A stretch of 64,000 nt of DNA from the NCBI GenBank assembly GCA_964016885.1, contig OZ024747.1:39370001-39434000 (forward strand). The letters run 5' to 3'. This DNA is from Eledone cirrhosa. Taxonomy: Eukaryota. The notes beneath the pieces are model-generated. The model worked only from the letters and a program-made list of their open reading frames with translations, made no database searches and was not told where the DNA came from. Positions 16,086-30,576 of the stretch are shown here, one piece after another (position 1 is the first letter of the stretch; each line of letters begins with the position of its first letter). Made by a program: the position numbers and the translations under genes.

Positions 16086-19000
16086 TGCATAATTTTTTGT
16101 TTTTTTACATATTTTTACTGTTCCATTAATGGGTTGTACTTGTAATTTACTAACTAGTTGTGTTCTTTCTGTTCCTGTGAAGCCTAGCTTCTCATAATTT
16201 GTATTGAGGCAGTTACTAACATACCCCAGTGCCCCAATAATAACTGGCATAAATCTGAAGGTGTATTCACGGTGGAGTATCTGCAGATTTCTCATCAGTT
16301 CTGCATAAATATTCTCCATCTTTGATATTATATTAGCCTCTGCTGGGCAGCTAATTTCCGCTACTGTGCATGCTTTCTTCCCCCTGACCCATATCATAAT
16401 ATCTGGTCTCTTATGCCTGCATTTTATTGGGGTTTTTACTGGAACATTCTACCAGTACTCTTTCATAATATGTACATGGATGTCTTTCACATTGCTGTAG
16501 CTTTTCATGTGTTCATTATTGGGGCTATCTTTTTTACGAACTGCATTGTACAGTGTTTTGGCCACTACATCATGACTCATAGGTAGATAGTACCGCGATG
16601 ACATCTTTGGACAGCTGCTGATGACATGCGTGATATCCTCAATGTTAGTTCTGCAGAGTCTGCACTTGTTATCACATCTAGGTGTTTTGTCTGTAGCCCT
16701 ATCTCTTTTGTGAATCAGGTATTTCGTGTTAATCTCCTGTTCTTGGATAGCAAAAGCGTATCCTTCAAAGTGGGAGCCAATATAACGGTTGTTGGTCCAA
16801 GATAGACTACTTTCCTTATCTATATTGCTCTCACTCTGGTGCTTCCTGGCAACATATCCATGCATTATTTTCTGCTGATAAGCATGCAGTTTTTCATCCA
16901 TGGATTCACTTCGATACTGCTGAGCAGCATCCCTGGGTGTGTGCTTTTGATTATCACACAGGGTATATCTCTCGAGGTGTTTCTTCGCAACTCTCATGAT
17001 CTTATCTGTTTCATGCAGATAGACTTGCTGAGGAAACGGGCTCCTACGCTTCGAGGTTCATAGATGTTGTCGGAGAGATATGATGCGAAATTCAAAAGTT
17101 GTCTGATGACCAAATCTTTCTTAATCGGGTGTAGTATTCCCTGGTTACGCGTTCTTTATTACAGATACCATTATAGGATATGTTCTCATCTATTCTCCGG
17201 CATCTGTATCAGGCCTCATCAGATATCGGTGAAACAGTTAGACCATTGATGACAATGTTGCTAGATTGGGTTGTTGTTTTCCCCCGCTTTACAGTCATGT
17301 ATGAGCATTTATCTTGGCCAAACTCCATTCCTATATCCTTTGAGAGCGTTGTAACCAGGTCAAGATTTTTCTTCATTCCATCCATGTTCTTGGCATATAG
17401 TTTCAGATTTTCCACAAAGAAATGATGGGTTAGGTTCGTATTTCTGTCCCCCTGTGAGCCAATGATGTATCCCTCACATTTCTTGAGCAGAAAGGACAAG
17501 GTGTTTAATTACAAGATGAATATAATATCACAGAGAGACTGCCACCCTGAAATATACCCCTGCAATATTTTATATTATCAGTGAAAATAGAGTCCTACCT
17601 CTCTGTCTTTAACCTTAGGATAGTAGCGCAAGAAGAAGACAGCCTCTCTATTGCTCTGACAATAATGTCTGTGACTTTAGCAAGTCGGAGGGCCTGTATC
17701 ATCCAAGAGTGGGTAACAGATTCGAATGCTTTCTTGTAGTCCAGAAAGACTGCAGCCATATTCCTCCTAAGTTGTCGCACTTACAACATCGCAGTTTTGT
17801 TGATTAGGAGTTGTTCAGCACATCCCGAAACCCCTTTCTTTCCAGCTACTTGTTCATCTGTGATGATGTTATTATTTTCACAGTAATTTGGAGGTATAGG
17901 TTTAGGCACGCTGTATACATCTTATACATCAGGTTCTGGCATGCAATGGGTCGGTAGATTTTTGCCAAGTAGGTGTCTTTGTTCTTGGGGACTAGTAATG
18001 TTTTTGCTAATGTTAACCATTCTGGTATTAGTGTATTTCACTTAAGAACTTATTGGTGGAGGTCAGTAAGATACCTCCGATAGAATATGAGTTTGTTGTA
18101 CCAGTTGCTGACAATCATGCTCTTCCTGGTGTTTCTTATCTTGCAGTTTTCCTATCACAGTCTCAAGGGTACCCTCACTTATTTCGTATGTTTTTGTTGT
18201 AGTGTAGGGGCAATAGTTCTTTCGGATTTCTCTCAGCCACACTCCATCTTGGATGAAATTCTTCTTTTCACTCCATATTTTGCTCCAAATATAATCTATG
18301 TCTTCGGTGATGGGGCTTCACTGACACTTATTATTTTGTTCTTCATATCTCTATAGACTGATGTTTGGTTTCGTCTGAATCTTTTATTAAGCACTTTTCT
18401 CTCATTTACCTTCTTCAGGTATCGGTGTTTTTCGCTAACAGCTCTCAATTCTTGTTTGAGGGTGATCAGCTTATATTGAAGAGTTCTGGTTCTACTGTTA
18501 CCAAACATCGTCTCTATATTATTGTTTACTCTTTGTTAGTGAGGAGCGAGGTTTTTGTGTGTTTGTTTGCATGCAAGGAGCATTGTCACATATCATGTGG
18601 TTTTTCGTAGGTCAGCAATCTTTTGTTCTATTTTAGTCATATATGATGGTATTTTGGGTGGTGTTTTGTTCTTGTTAATATCTTTGCTATCACCAAGATA
18701 ATGCTTCACTCTCGTTGCTTATGCATATAAACAGGCGTTGATTTGGCAAAATGTTGGGGTTTTTATCCGTCGTAAATATTCATCCCCTATTTCGTCAATA
18801 ACACGTAATATTTCATTATTTGTTTTTATATTAAACATTATCGTTTTAACACGTTCAGCAAGAGAGATATTTATACATGAATTAATTTCTCTCTGGAAGA
18901 TTTCGTTGAGGGAAATTTTCAATTGTTTATACTTTTGATTATTATCATTATCGATTATATTTTCCACATCAGTTGAGTTAGAATCGGGTGGTACACGTGG

Positions 19001-19572
19001 TGTCATATTTTTCGATTATTATTATTATTTCTTCGATTATTATCGATAGTGTTTTACCCCGCATTCGAGGTAGACTTAGATGGTACAGGTGGTGTCAAGT
19101 TTCTTACAAGCATAGTTGTTTCAAGGCACTGTTCGACTTGGATGCAAGGAAGTCTAGTAGCATGGCGATCTGTAGCACGTGTTGTTGATTCCATGTTTGT
19201 TGTGGGGGACTTACAATTAATGATATTTATCTTATTTTTACGTTCAACAAACGTCGCCTGTTGGCGTAATTGTTTCGCTGTGAATTAATTTAGCTCTCGG
19301 TGAATTTTGTCCCTGCGTAACTTCATCCTGTTCATAAAGCCAATGGAGGGATAGTTTGTTGCCATTTTATAACAATTAAATAAATCATTATTAAGTTCGC
19401 AACTCCAAGAGAAATGCGATTTAAAATTTCAACTTCTTCTGTAGCTAGAACTGAATAAGGTTTGTTTACCTTTGTTGTTCAATACTTCCTTAATTTTGTT
19501 GTTGATGTTGCGTTCAGCCATGATGTTTGTAGAAAATCCTTGTAAAATGAATTATGTATTTAGTCGGATATC
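16086..19572 (-). mobile_element. R4/Dong-like degenerate copy C (internal deletion near 17105)
   Basis: RT motifs, the CRLCRTNIEDITHVISSC zinc knuckle, HDVVA, and the PDIMIW..EISCP RLE motifs. Confidence 0.85.
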
Positions 19573-21905
19573 TATATGCAACATTTTTGGAATTCTTTCA
19601 TGTTTTTACTGTTCCATTAATGGATTGTACTTGTAATTTCCTAACTAGTTGTGTTCTTTCTGTTCCTGAGAAGCCTAGCTTCTCAAGATCTGTATTGAGG
19701 CAGTTACTAACATACCCCAGTGCCCCAATAATAACAGGCATAAATCTGAAGGTGTATTCACGGTGCAGTATCTGCAGATTTCTCATCAGTTCTGCATAAA
19801 TATTCTCCTTTTCGCTAATCTTTGATATTATATTGGCATCTGCTGGGCAGCTAATTTCCACTACTGTGGAAATATCTGGTCTATTATGCCTTCATTTTAT
19901 TGGGGTTTTTACTGGAACATTCCACCAATACTCTTTCATATTGTGTACATGGATGTCTTTCACATTGCTGTAGCTTTTAATGTGTTTATTATCTGGGCTA
20001 TCTTTTTTACGAACTGCATTGTACAGTGTTTTGGCCACTACATCATGCCTCATAGGTAGATAGTACCGCGATGACATCTTTGGACAGCTGCTGATGACAT
20101 GTGTGATATCATCAATGTTAGTTCTGCAGAGTTTGCAGTTGTTATCACATCTAGGTGTTTTGTCTGCAGCCCTATCTCTTTTGTGAATCAGGTATTTCGT
20201 GTTAATCTCCTGTTCTTGGATTGCAAAAGCGTATCCTTCAAAGTGGGAGCCAATATAACGGTTGTAGGTCCAAGATAGACTACTTTCCTTATCTATATTA
20301 CTCCACTCTGGAGCTTCCAGGCAACATATCCATGCATGATTTTTTGCTGATATGGATTCACTGCGATACTGATGAGAGATTTCCTGGGTGTGAGTTTTTG
20401 ATAATCACACAGGGAATATCTCTCGAGGAGTTCCTTCCTACTCTCATGATCTTATGTGATTCATGCAGATAGACTTGCCCAAGAAGCGGGCTCCTATACT
20501 TCGAGGTTCGTAGATGTTGTCGGAGAGATATGATGCGAAATTCATATCTTTTCTGGACTGATTTTAGGCCTCTGCCTCCCTGCTTACGTTTCAAGTAAAG
20601 GCGGAAATATCACTGTTTATGTGGAAGTTTCCGGTGTTGTTCAGTATTTTTCGAGTTCCAACATCAACGGCTCGGATTTCGTGTATCGTCCAATTGAGTA
20701 TTCCAAACGTTGATGTAAGGACAGGCACAGCAAACACATTGTGAGCCACTGTTTTGTTTTGCGCAGAGTGTTCCAATGACCAGATCTTTCTTAAAATCGG
20801 GTGTAGTATTCCCTGGTTACGCGTTCTTTATTGCAGATCCCATTATAGGATATGTTCTCATCTATCCCCAGGTATCTGTAGCAGTCCTCATCAGATATCG
20901 GTGAAACAGTTAGACCATTGATAACAATGTTGCTAGATTGGGTTATTGTTTTTCCCCGCTTTACAAACATGTATGAGCATTTATCTTGGCCAAACTCCAT
21001 TCCTATATCCTTTGAGAACGTTGTAACTAGGTCAGAATTTTGGTTCATCGCATCCATGTTCTCGGCATAGAGTTTCAGATCGTCCACAAAGAAATTATGG
21101 GTTAGGTTCGTATTCTGTCCTCCTGTGAGCTATTGATGTATCCCTCACATTTCTTGAGCCGAAAGGACAAGGAGTTTAAGGACAAGATGAATAATATCAC
21201 AGAGAGACTAGGCAGCTGGAATATACCCCTGCAATATTTTATTTTATCAGTGAAAATAGAGTCCTCCCTCTCTGTCTTTAACCGTAGGATAGTAGTCAAA
21301 TGAGAAGATAGCCTCTCTATGGCTGTGACAATAATGTCTGGGACTTTAGCAAGATGGAGGGCCTCTATCATCCAAGTATGGAGTGGGGAACAGAATCGAA
21401 AGCTTTCCTGTAGTCCAGCCAGACTGTAGTCTTATTCCTCCTAAGTTGCACGACCTCCGACATCGCAGTTTTGTTGATTAGGAGTTTTTCAGCACATCAC
21501 CAAACCGATTTTCTTTACAGCTGCTTGTTCATCTGTGATGATGTTATTATTTTCACAGTGATCTTGGAGGAATAGGTTCAGGCAGGATGTATACATCTTA
21601 TACATCAGGTTCTGGCATATAATGGGTCGGTAGTTTTTTGCCAAGTGGGTGTCTTTGTTCTTGGGGACCAGTAATGTTTGTGCTAATATCGATTTCTGGT
21701 ATAAGTGTATCTCTCTTAAGAACTTGTTAGTAGAGGTCAGAACGATACCTCCGATAGAATATCAGTTTGTTGTACCATTAGCCTACACTCATGTCTCTTC
21801 CTGGTGTTTTCTTATCTTGGAGTTTTCCTATCACAGTCTCAAGGGGACCCTCACTTATTTCGTATGTTTTTGTTGTAGTGTAGGAGCAATAGTTCTTTCG
21901 GATTT
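19573..21905 (-). mobile_element. R4/Dong-like degenerate copy B (5' truncated)
   Basis: DDLKLYA, YRYLG, GGRGL, RHDVVA, EISCP..KENIYAEL..PVIIGALG. Confidence 0.85.
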
Positions 21906-24900
21906 CTATGCATGTATGTTCTTCTGGTTTTATAATTTCACAAAGTGTTACAAATAGTGAGAGAGTCGATTTCTAACATAGACACAAGACTCTCTCATTG
22001 GAATTTACACAACATCAACTAAGTAGATATGTATGTATGCATGTGTAGATATGGATGTTATTGTATATGTGGATGTGTATCTTTTGAGTTGTATATGTTC
22101 ATGTGTATATGCTTTGCATTTGTATATGTGTATATGCAGTTATTAGATGCACAATTTTTGGAAAGTTTTACATATTTTTACTGTTCCATTAATGGATTGT
22201 ACTTGTAATTTCCTAACTACTTGTGTTCTTTCTGTTCCTGTGAAGCATACCTTCTCAAGATTTGTATTGAGGCAGTTTCTAACATATCCCAGTGCCCCAA
22301 TAATCACAGGCATAAATATGAAGGTGTAATCAGGGTGGAGTATCTGCAGATTTCTCATCATTTCTGCATAAATATTCTCCTTTACACTAATCTTTGATAT
22401 TATATTGGCATCTGCTGGGCAGCTAATTTCCACCACTGTGCATGTTTTCTTCTCCCTCTCCCATATCATAATATCTGGGTTGTTATGCCTGCATTTTATT
22501 GGAGTTTTTACTGGAATATTCTACCAGTACTCTTTCATATTATGTACATGGATGTCTTCCACATTGTTATAGCTTTTAATGTGTTTATTATCGGGGCTAT
22601 CCTTTTTTACAAACTGCATTGTCCAGTGTTTTGGCCACTACATCATGCCTCATAGGGAGATAGTACCGCGATGACATCTTTGGAGTGCTGCTGATGACAT
22701 GCGTGATATCCTCGATGTTAGTTCTGCAGAGTGTGCACCTGTTATCACATCTAGGTGTTTTGCCTGCATCCCTATCTCTTTTGTGAATCAGGTATTTCGT
22801 GCTTATCTCCTGTTCGTGGATTGCAAAAGCGTATCCTTCAAAGTGGGAGCCAATATAGCGGTTCTTGGTCCAAGATAGACTACTTTCCTTATATATGTTA
22901 CTCTCACTCTGGAGCTTCCTGGCAACATATCCATGCATGAGTTGTTGCTGATAGGCATGCAGTTTTTCATCCATGGATTCACTGCGATACTGCGGAGCTA
23001 CATCCCTGGGTGTGAGTTTTTGATTATCACACAGGGAATATCTCTCAAGGAGTTCCTTCCCAGCTTGCATGATCTTATCTATTTCATGCAGATAGACTTG
23101 CTCGAGAAACGGACTCCTACGCTTCGAGGTTCGTAGATGTTGTCGGAGAGATATGTTGCGACATTCAAATCTTGTCTGGACTGATGTTAGGCCTCTGCCT
23201 CCCTGCTTACGTTTCAAGTAAAGGCAGTCTGTCACAGTTGATGTGGAACTTTGCGGTGTTGTTCAGTATTTTTCGAGTTCCAACATCAACTGCTCGGATT
23301 TCGTATATCGTCCAATTGAGTATTCCAAACGTTGGTGTTAGGACAGGCACAGCAAACACATTGTGAGCCACTGTTTTGTTTTGCGCAGAGACTTCCGATG
23401 ACAAGATATTCCTTAATCGGGTGTAGTATTCCCTGGTTACGCGTTCTTTATTACAGATACCATTATAGGATATGTTCTCATCTATCCCCAGGTATCTGTA
23501 GCAGTCCTCATCAGATATCAGTGAAACAGTTAGACCATTGTTGACAATGTTGCTAGATTCGGTTGTTGTTTTCCCCGCTTTACATTCATGTATGGGCATT
23601 TATCTTGGCCAAACTACATTCATATATCCTTTGAGAACGTTGTAACCAGGTCAAGATTTTTCGTCATCCCATCCATGTTCTTGGCATAGAGTTTCAGATC
23701 GTCCACAAAGAAATGATGGGTTAGGTTCGTATTTCTGTCCTCCTGTGAGCCAATGATGTATCCCTCACATTTCTTGAGCAGAAAGGACAATGGGTTTAAT
23801 GACAAGATGATCAATATCACAGAGTGACTCTCCCCCTGAAATATACCCCTGCAATATTTTATTTTATCAGTGAAAATAGAGTACTTCCTCTCTGTCTTTA
23901 ACCTTAGGATAGTAGCACAAGAAGAAGACAGCCTCTATATGGCTCTGACAATAATGTCTGGGACTTTAGCAAGATGGGGGGCCTCTATCATCCACGAGTG
24001 GGGAACAGAATCGAAGGCTTTCTTGTAGTCCAGCAAGACTGTAGTCATATTTCTCCTAAGTTGTCGCACGTCCGACATCGCAGTTTTGTTGATTAGGAGT
24101 TGTTCAGCACATCCCTTAAACACTTTCTTTCCAGCTGCTTGTTCATCTGTGATGATGTTATTATTTTTACAGTGATCTTGGAGGAATAGGATCAGGCAGG
24201 CTGTATACATCTTATACATCAGGTTCTGGCATGCAATGGGTCGGTAGTTTTTTTCCAAGTGGGTGTCTTTGTTCTTGGGGACCAGTAGCGTTTGTGCTAA
24301 TGTCAACCATTCTGGTATAAGTATATCTCCCTTAAGAACTTGTTGGTAGAGGTCAGTAAGATACCTCCGATAGAATATTAGTTGTTTGTACCAGTAGCCA
24401 ACAATCATGTCTCTTCCTTGTGTTTTCTTATCTTGCAGTTTTTCTATCACAGTCTCAAGGGTACCCTCGCTTATTTCGTATGTTTCTGTTGTAGTGTAGG
24501 AGCAATAGTTCTTTCGGATTTCTCTTAACCACACTGCATCTTGGATGAAATTGTTCTTTTCACCCCATATTTTGCTCCAAAATGAATCTATGTCTTTCTG
24601 GGACGGGGCCTCAGTGACACTTATTATTTTGCCTTTCATATCTCTATAGACTGATGTTTGGCTTCGTCTGAATCTTTTCTTAAGCACTTTTCTCTCATAT
24701 ACCTTCTTCAGCTTTCGGCCGTTTTTCGCTCACGGCTCTCAATTCTTGTTTGAGCGTGATCAGCTTATTTTGGAGAGTTCTGGTTCGACTGTTACCAAAC
24801 ATCGTCTCTATATTATTTTTCACTCTTTGTTGGTGAGGAGTGAGATTTTTTGTGTTTGTTTGGATGTAACGAGCATTGTCACATGCCCTATGTTTTTCGT

Positions 24901-26318
24901 AGGTCAGCACTTTTTTTCTATTTAATTATATATGATGGTATTTGTGGTGGTGTTCTATTCTTGTGAATATCTCTGCTATCACCAAGATAATGCTTCACTG
25001 TCATTGCTAAGGCATATAAACAGGCGTTGATTTGCCAAAATGTTGGGGTTTTTATCCGTCGTAAATATTCATCCCTATTTCGTCAATAACACGTAGTATT
25101 TCATTATTTGTTTTTTTATTCACCATTGTCATTTTAACACGTTCTGCAAGAGAGATATTTGTACATGAGTTAATTTCTCTCTGGAAAATTTCGTTAAGGG
25201 AAATTTGCAATTGTTATACTTTTGATTATCATTATTGATAGTATTTTCGGTGGTGGATTGGCAGTATCGGTAGAGGGTCGGACGCCATGCTTTCCAGCAT
25301 AGTTACGTCCCTTTACGGTCTGAGTTCAAATCCCGCCGAGGTTTACTTTGCCTTTTATCCTTACGGGGTCGATAAAATAAAGTACCAGTAGTGCACTGGG
25401 TAATTGCTTGCCTTGTGCCTAAATTAAAAACAATTATTTGATTATTAAAAACAATTATTTGATTATTAAAAACAATTATTTGATTATTAAAAACAATTAT
25501 TTGATTATTATCATTATAGATAGTATTTTCCACAACAGTCGAGGTAGACTTCGATGGTACACGTGGTGTCAAATTTCTTCGATTATTATTATTATTTCTT
25601 CGATTATTATTATTATCGATAGTGTTTTCCCCAGCATTCGAGGTAGACTTAGATGGTACAGGTGGTGTCAAGTTTCTTACAGTCATAGTTGTTTCAAGGC
25701 GCTGTTCGACCTGGCTGCTAGGAAGTCTAGTAGCATGGCGACCTGTAGTATGTGTTGTTGATTCCATGTTTGTTCTGAGGAACTTACAATTAATAATATT
25801 TATCTTATTTTTACGTTCAACAAACGTCGCTTGTTGGCGTAATTGTTTCGCTGTGAAATAATTTAGCTCTGGGTGCATTTCGTCCCAGTGTAGCTTCATT
25901 CTATTCATATAGCCAATGGAGGAATTGTTTTTTGCCATTTTATAACAATTAAATAAATCATTATTAAGTTCGCAACTCCAAGAGAAATGCGGTTTATAAT
26001 TTCGGTTTCTTCTGTAGCTACAACTGAATAAAATTTGATTACCTTCCTTGTTATTTGTCTTCGATACTTACTTAATTTGTTTGTTGATGTTGTGTTCAGC
26101 CATGCTGTTTGTAACAAATCCTTGTAAAATGAATTATGTATTTAGTCAGATATCTCTACGAATTCGAATAAAAGGTGTCTTCAGAAGGGAAAGTTAGAAG
26201 AATAACCAGTTATTCAACCTGACTGTAGTTGTGGCATTACCGTCGGAGATAGTATTCATCTTAAATTTAATAAATCGTCTCCCACGCCAAAATATGCGAC
26301 TGATCGCGTTGACTGTCT
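21906..26318 (-). mobile_element. R4/Dong-like near full-length degenerate copy A with 3' UTR (21906-22142), interrupted by a SINE
   Basis: N-terminal region, RT (LDYKKAFDSVPHSW, FVDDLKLYA), CCHC-type knuckle and RLE are all present. Clade assignment rests on motif pattern only. Confidence 0.85.
25249..25437 (+). mobile_element. tRNA-derived SINE (Nin/Deu-like central domain), inserted in the LINE with ~26 bp TSD and a 21 bp x4 tail amplification
   Basis: A box TGGCAGTATCGG, B box GAGTTCAAATCC, core cctt(t/c)atccttacggggtcgataaaataaagtaccag. gattatcattat.gatagtattttc flanks both sides. Confidence 0.85.
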
Positions 26319-26651
26319 ATGTATGTATGTATGTATGTATGTATGTATGCATGTATATATATATATATATATGTGCGTTTGTGTGTGTTTGTGTGTATGT
26401 ATGTGTGTGTGTTTGTGTGTGTTTGTGCATATGTGTGTGGGGGGGGGGGCTGTATGTGTACATATTAATGTATGTATGTTCATGTAACTCTAGATATAAT
26501 CCTAGGGGCATCTTATTGACATACGGTGTTTCATGGTCATCTAAAACCTGGCGGAGACCATCCCTCTCGAGGCCTGAGTACAGCAGATTTTTTCGAGAGA
26601 AGGATACAAAGTGAGAAAGAGGAAATGAGAATTAGATATAGAGGAAAAAAT

Positions 26652-26797
26652 CGACCACAGTACTAAACTGATACTTTTTTATCAGCCTCGAAAGGATGAA
26701 AGGCAAAGTTGACCTCGGCCGGATTTGAACTCAGAGAGCAGAGAGCCGGGATGACTACCATAAAGCATTCTATCCGACGTTCTAACGCCTCTGCCAA
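26652..26797 (-). mobile_element. tRNA-derived SINE, divergent subfamily
   Basis: Minus strand reads ttggcagaggcgttag...ctgagttcaaatccggccgaggtcaactttgcctttcatcctttcg. Confidence 0.75.
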
Positions 26798-27367
26798 TTA
26801 ACTATTTGTACATATATATATAACGCAAAATGAGAACCAATATTGCAGTTTGCATACCAGATATGTTAATAATTAATCTGAGAATAAATATACTTGGAGG
26901 TATGGTATGAATATATGCTACTAACGAAGATATTGACTTAATATGTGTAAACTGAAGCGTTTCTGGAATATCTGAAAAATGCTAGCTGATATCATGGATC
27001 AATAATCATGTAAGAGGTCACTTGAAATATTTGAAATGATTATGATTATATCAAATGTTGCCTGCAGTAAAATGAAATAATTTCTTTATTGATATTTCTA
27101 ACAAGAAAAACAAATCTCTTATAACACAACATCCGTAATGGAGAAAGAAAATGGAAAAAGATCATGTAAAACGTGTATATAATTTTCTGTAACATAACAC
27201 TTAAAAAATAGAGATTGATAAAATATGATTAGACTAGAGTACGTAGTTCTGTGATCTGTGCCATAGGGCTGGGAAAGGATTTTAGTGATTTCATAACTAA
27301 AAGCTCAGTGTGTGTTGCTAATGTTTGGGAGTAAATAAAATTGACTTTCTCTTATTGTCTTTTTTCT

Positions 27368-27539
27368 GGCGGTGGATTGGCAGCCATGCTTTGAAGCATA
27401 GAGTTACCTCCCTTTATGACCTGAATTCAAATCCCACCGAGGTTAACTTTGCCTTTCACCCTTACGGGGTCGATAAAATAAAGTACCAGTAGCGCTCTGG
27501 GATAATTGCTGGCCTTGTGCCAAAAGTAGTAACAATTAT
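27368..27539 (+). mobile_element. tRNA-derived SINE (internal 5' deletion)
   Basis: Same core and acaattat tail as the copy at 25249. Confidence 0.85.
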
Positions 27540-27608
27540 TTACAAGACACCGTCTAGTCGGCTACATGAAATAAAAGGTTCCCTAAACGTCTGTCATTAT
27601 AAATAACT

Positions 27609-27794
27609 GGTGGATTGGCAGTATCGGTAGAGGGTCGGACGCCATGCTTTCCAGCATAGTTACGTCCCTTTACGATCTGAGTTCAAATCCCGCCGAGGTT
27701 GACTTTGCCTTTCATCCTTACGGGGTCGATAAAATAAAGTACCAGTAATGCACTGGATAATTGCTGGCCTTGTGCCTAAAGTAGAAACAATTAT
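27609..27794 (+). mobile_element. tRNA-derived SINE, full length, TSD attataaataactg
   Basis: A and B boxes present. The 14 bp direct repeat lies at ~27596 and ~27790. Confidence 0.9.
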
Positions 27795-28159
27795 AAATAA
27801 CTGTTCCAAAATAAGCTGAACGTATCGGATGTATATTTGACCTATAACAGATTTGAACTCACAACGAAACGAAAAATACGAAACAAAACTAACAGTTATT
27901 GTCTTCCGTTAATCGGTCACTCTCTGAAATAGGTACGAGTGATGCAGGATCGACTAAAGTTTATATATCGATATCTATCTATCTCACTCTCGATCCAGAT
28001 GGAATGAAATTACTCTGCTTAATTAATATTGACTTTAGAAGTACATGTATTATTTTTCAGGCTGATCTTTCGCTTATTTATCATATATTTTCCTGACAAA
28101 TATCCGAGTGACGGAAGGAGTGTTTCAGATCTCTAGTCCCGTCACCCTCCCACCAGGGA

Positions 28160-28240
28160 GAAGAAGAAGAAGAAGAAGAAGAAGAAGAAGAAGAAGAAGA
28201 AGAAGAAGAAGAAGAAGAAGAAGAAGAAGAAGAAGAAGAA
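28160..28240 (+). repeat. (GAA)n microsatellite
   Basis: Pure gaa tandem. Confidence 0.95.
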
Positions 28241-28859
28241 TATCCAAGTTACATGCAATTTAATTGCATGCGATACTGCACAAATTATTTCATAAAATGT
28301 TGCTAAATGAAGGTAAATGGTAATTGAGTGTAAAATAACTTGCGAAAATTAGTAAAATTGTTTTCGATGAGCAGGCTAGATAACGAAGCTTCATTGATAA
28401 ACGCATGTTAACGCCTCTTCTTCAGCATTGCCTGGCTACAATATTGTTCTAGCTGAATCCATTCATTAATTTTACTTTAATTGTATAATATATACATGCA
28501 TTCAATTCAATGACCAATTCAGTATGAAAATATAAATTCTCTTGTGTGGTGAAAACCATCCACAGTTCCTTTGCTTCTTTTTTTTTCCACGGTTGCCATT
28601 TTTATCCAACCAATTTTTCTGAAATAAATATATTGCTGGTGGAGATTAATGATGATAAACGTAATCACCTTTTAAACTAACCAGTTAACTATTTCCACCG
28701 TGTCGTTAACTATTTCCACTTTATGTCATACTAATCTTAGAAGGAATTTGTCAGATAAGCCATATTTGAAAGCGATCAAGACCCAAAAGCTACGTTTGTT
28801 GATGAGGGCAAAGAAGCAGTTAATGGACAGCCCCTTCATTCAACATTCCCTTAAGAATT

Positions 28860-29570
28860 AAGAAATGTGTATGCAGACAAAGGACTTGGTTACGGTTACG
28901 GAAAGAAATCAAAGGAGTTATCTTAGCAGCACAAGCTCAAGCTCTAAGAACAGGATGGCTTATGAGAAACAGACAAGAATGTTATTCCTACTGAATGCAG
29001 AATGTGTGGTGAGAAATCAGAGCAAGTTGCTCATGACATTTCAGAGAGTAAGCAGTTAATCCTGAATGATTGCAAGTAAAACATGACATGATACAGTGAG
29101 AGCCTTGATTCAGTGAACCATATGTAAACAGTATGGATCCCATTGTGCATAAAGAAATCTATGCATATGATGTCACAATATAAGATGTGAGTGCTAGAGA
29201 ATGACGAGATAGAGTTTTTATGGTATTTCCCAATATAGACCAAGGTGAGGATTGAGCATAACAAGCAGATAGTGGCGTAATTAATGAGGAAAAGGATTCA
29301 GCCTCTACTTTCATAGATGTAGCGTTTCCTTTTGACAAGCAGAAAAATAGGAGTTTATACAGAATTAATATATGATATATTGAAATGCTGGAGCAATGTA
29401 GTGAAGACAGTCACTATTGTTCCTGTGGGGGTTAGTCCTCTTAGCATGCTGACAAAGAAGCTTGAGATAAACCGATTGAAGAAAGATTTCATACCAAGGA
29501 TCGAATCGCTACAAGTCATGCATTCTGGGAAGAGCATAAATACCGAGAAAGGTTCTGGACTAAAAGCAGT
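28860..29570 (+). mobile_element. Old, highly degenerate RLE-type LINE 3' fragment (different family from the 12.5-26.3 kb cluster)
   Basis: Manual reading across frameshifts gives CRMCGEKSEQVAH..., VLENDEIEFLWYFPI, FIDVAFPFD, VYTELIYDILKCW..VTIVPVGV. Confidence 0.55.
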
Positions 29571-30152
29571 AAATAAATGACAAGGGAATATATGAAAATA
29601 TTGGAGCTACACTAGGCTAATATTTGCAGCCCGGAACTTCCTAAGTTAACCGGTCCAAATCGACATCGACGTTGGTCGTGATAAACGACTTAATAAAAAA
29701 AAAACTACAATGATAATAATAATAATATATGCATACATACACACACACATATTTATACATACGTGTGTGTTTCTGTGCGCGTCTTGGATATGTGTATGTG
29801 CGCTCACGATTGTGTGTATGTGTGTGCGTGGTTGTATAAAGAAAACCACACTAACACACTAAGAAATCTCCCGAAGATATCTGCAAGTAGCTACTCTCAA
29901 AAGTTACCAAGTTAAAATGACACCTGAAGTGATAATTGGAAACTAATTACATATGAGAATGAAGTTTTAAACGTGAAAATAAATATATTAGAGAAAAGAG
30001 AAAATGGAAATTTCGAGTATTTCTTTGGGGTGTGTTTTTATATAATGATTATATATTATTTTGTACTTTCAAAATGCACTTCGGTTCATTATAATCGTAA
30101 TATGATTATGATCGTTCGATATTAAAGTCTTATATAAAAGGAATATGAATAA

Positions 30153-30264
<112 letters not shown>

Positions 30265-30538
30265 TGAGAGAGAGAGAGAGTGTGAGAGAGAGAGAGAGAG
30301 AGAGAGAGAAATTACATGAATCAAAGTTCAGTTTAAATCATTTATTTGCTTACAATTGTTTCTACCAAACCGAGGTTTGGAGTCTTCGGAGCAATTATTT
30401 AGTGATTTTTTACATACTTGACCTCCTTTTCAACACAAGAGACATATAGAAACATATGTATATTTACAGTAAAATATATATAACTATAAAAGGTTTTAGT
30501 ATATACATAACCATAAATAGTATCATTAATACTATATA

Positions 30539-30576
<38 letters not shown>

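Noticed and set aside
26160-26318. HDV-like ribozyme at the 5' end of the R4/Dong-like element
   Set aside because: Some helices are present, but I could not build the nested double pseudoknot or catalytic C junction by eye.
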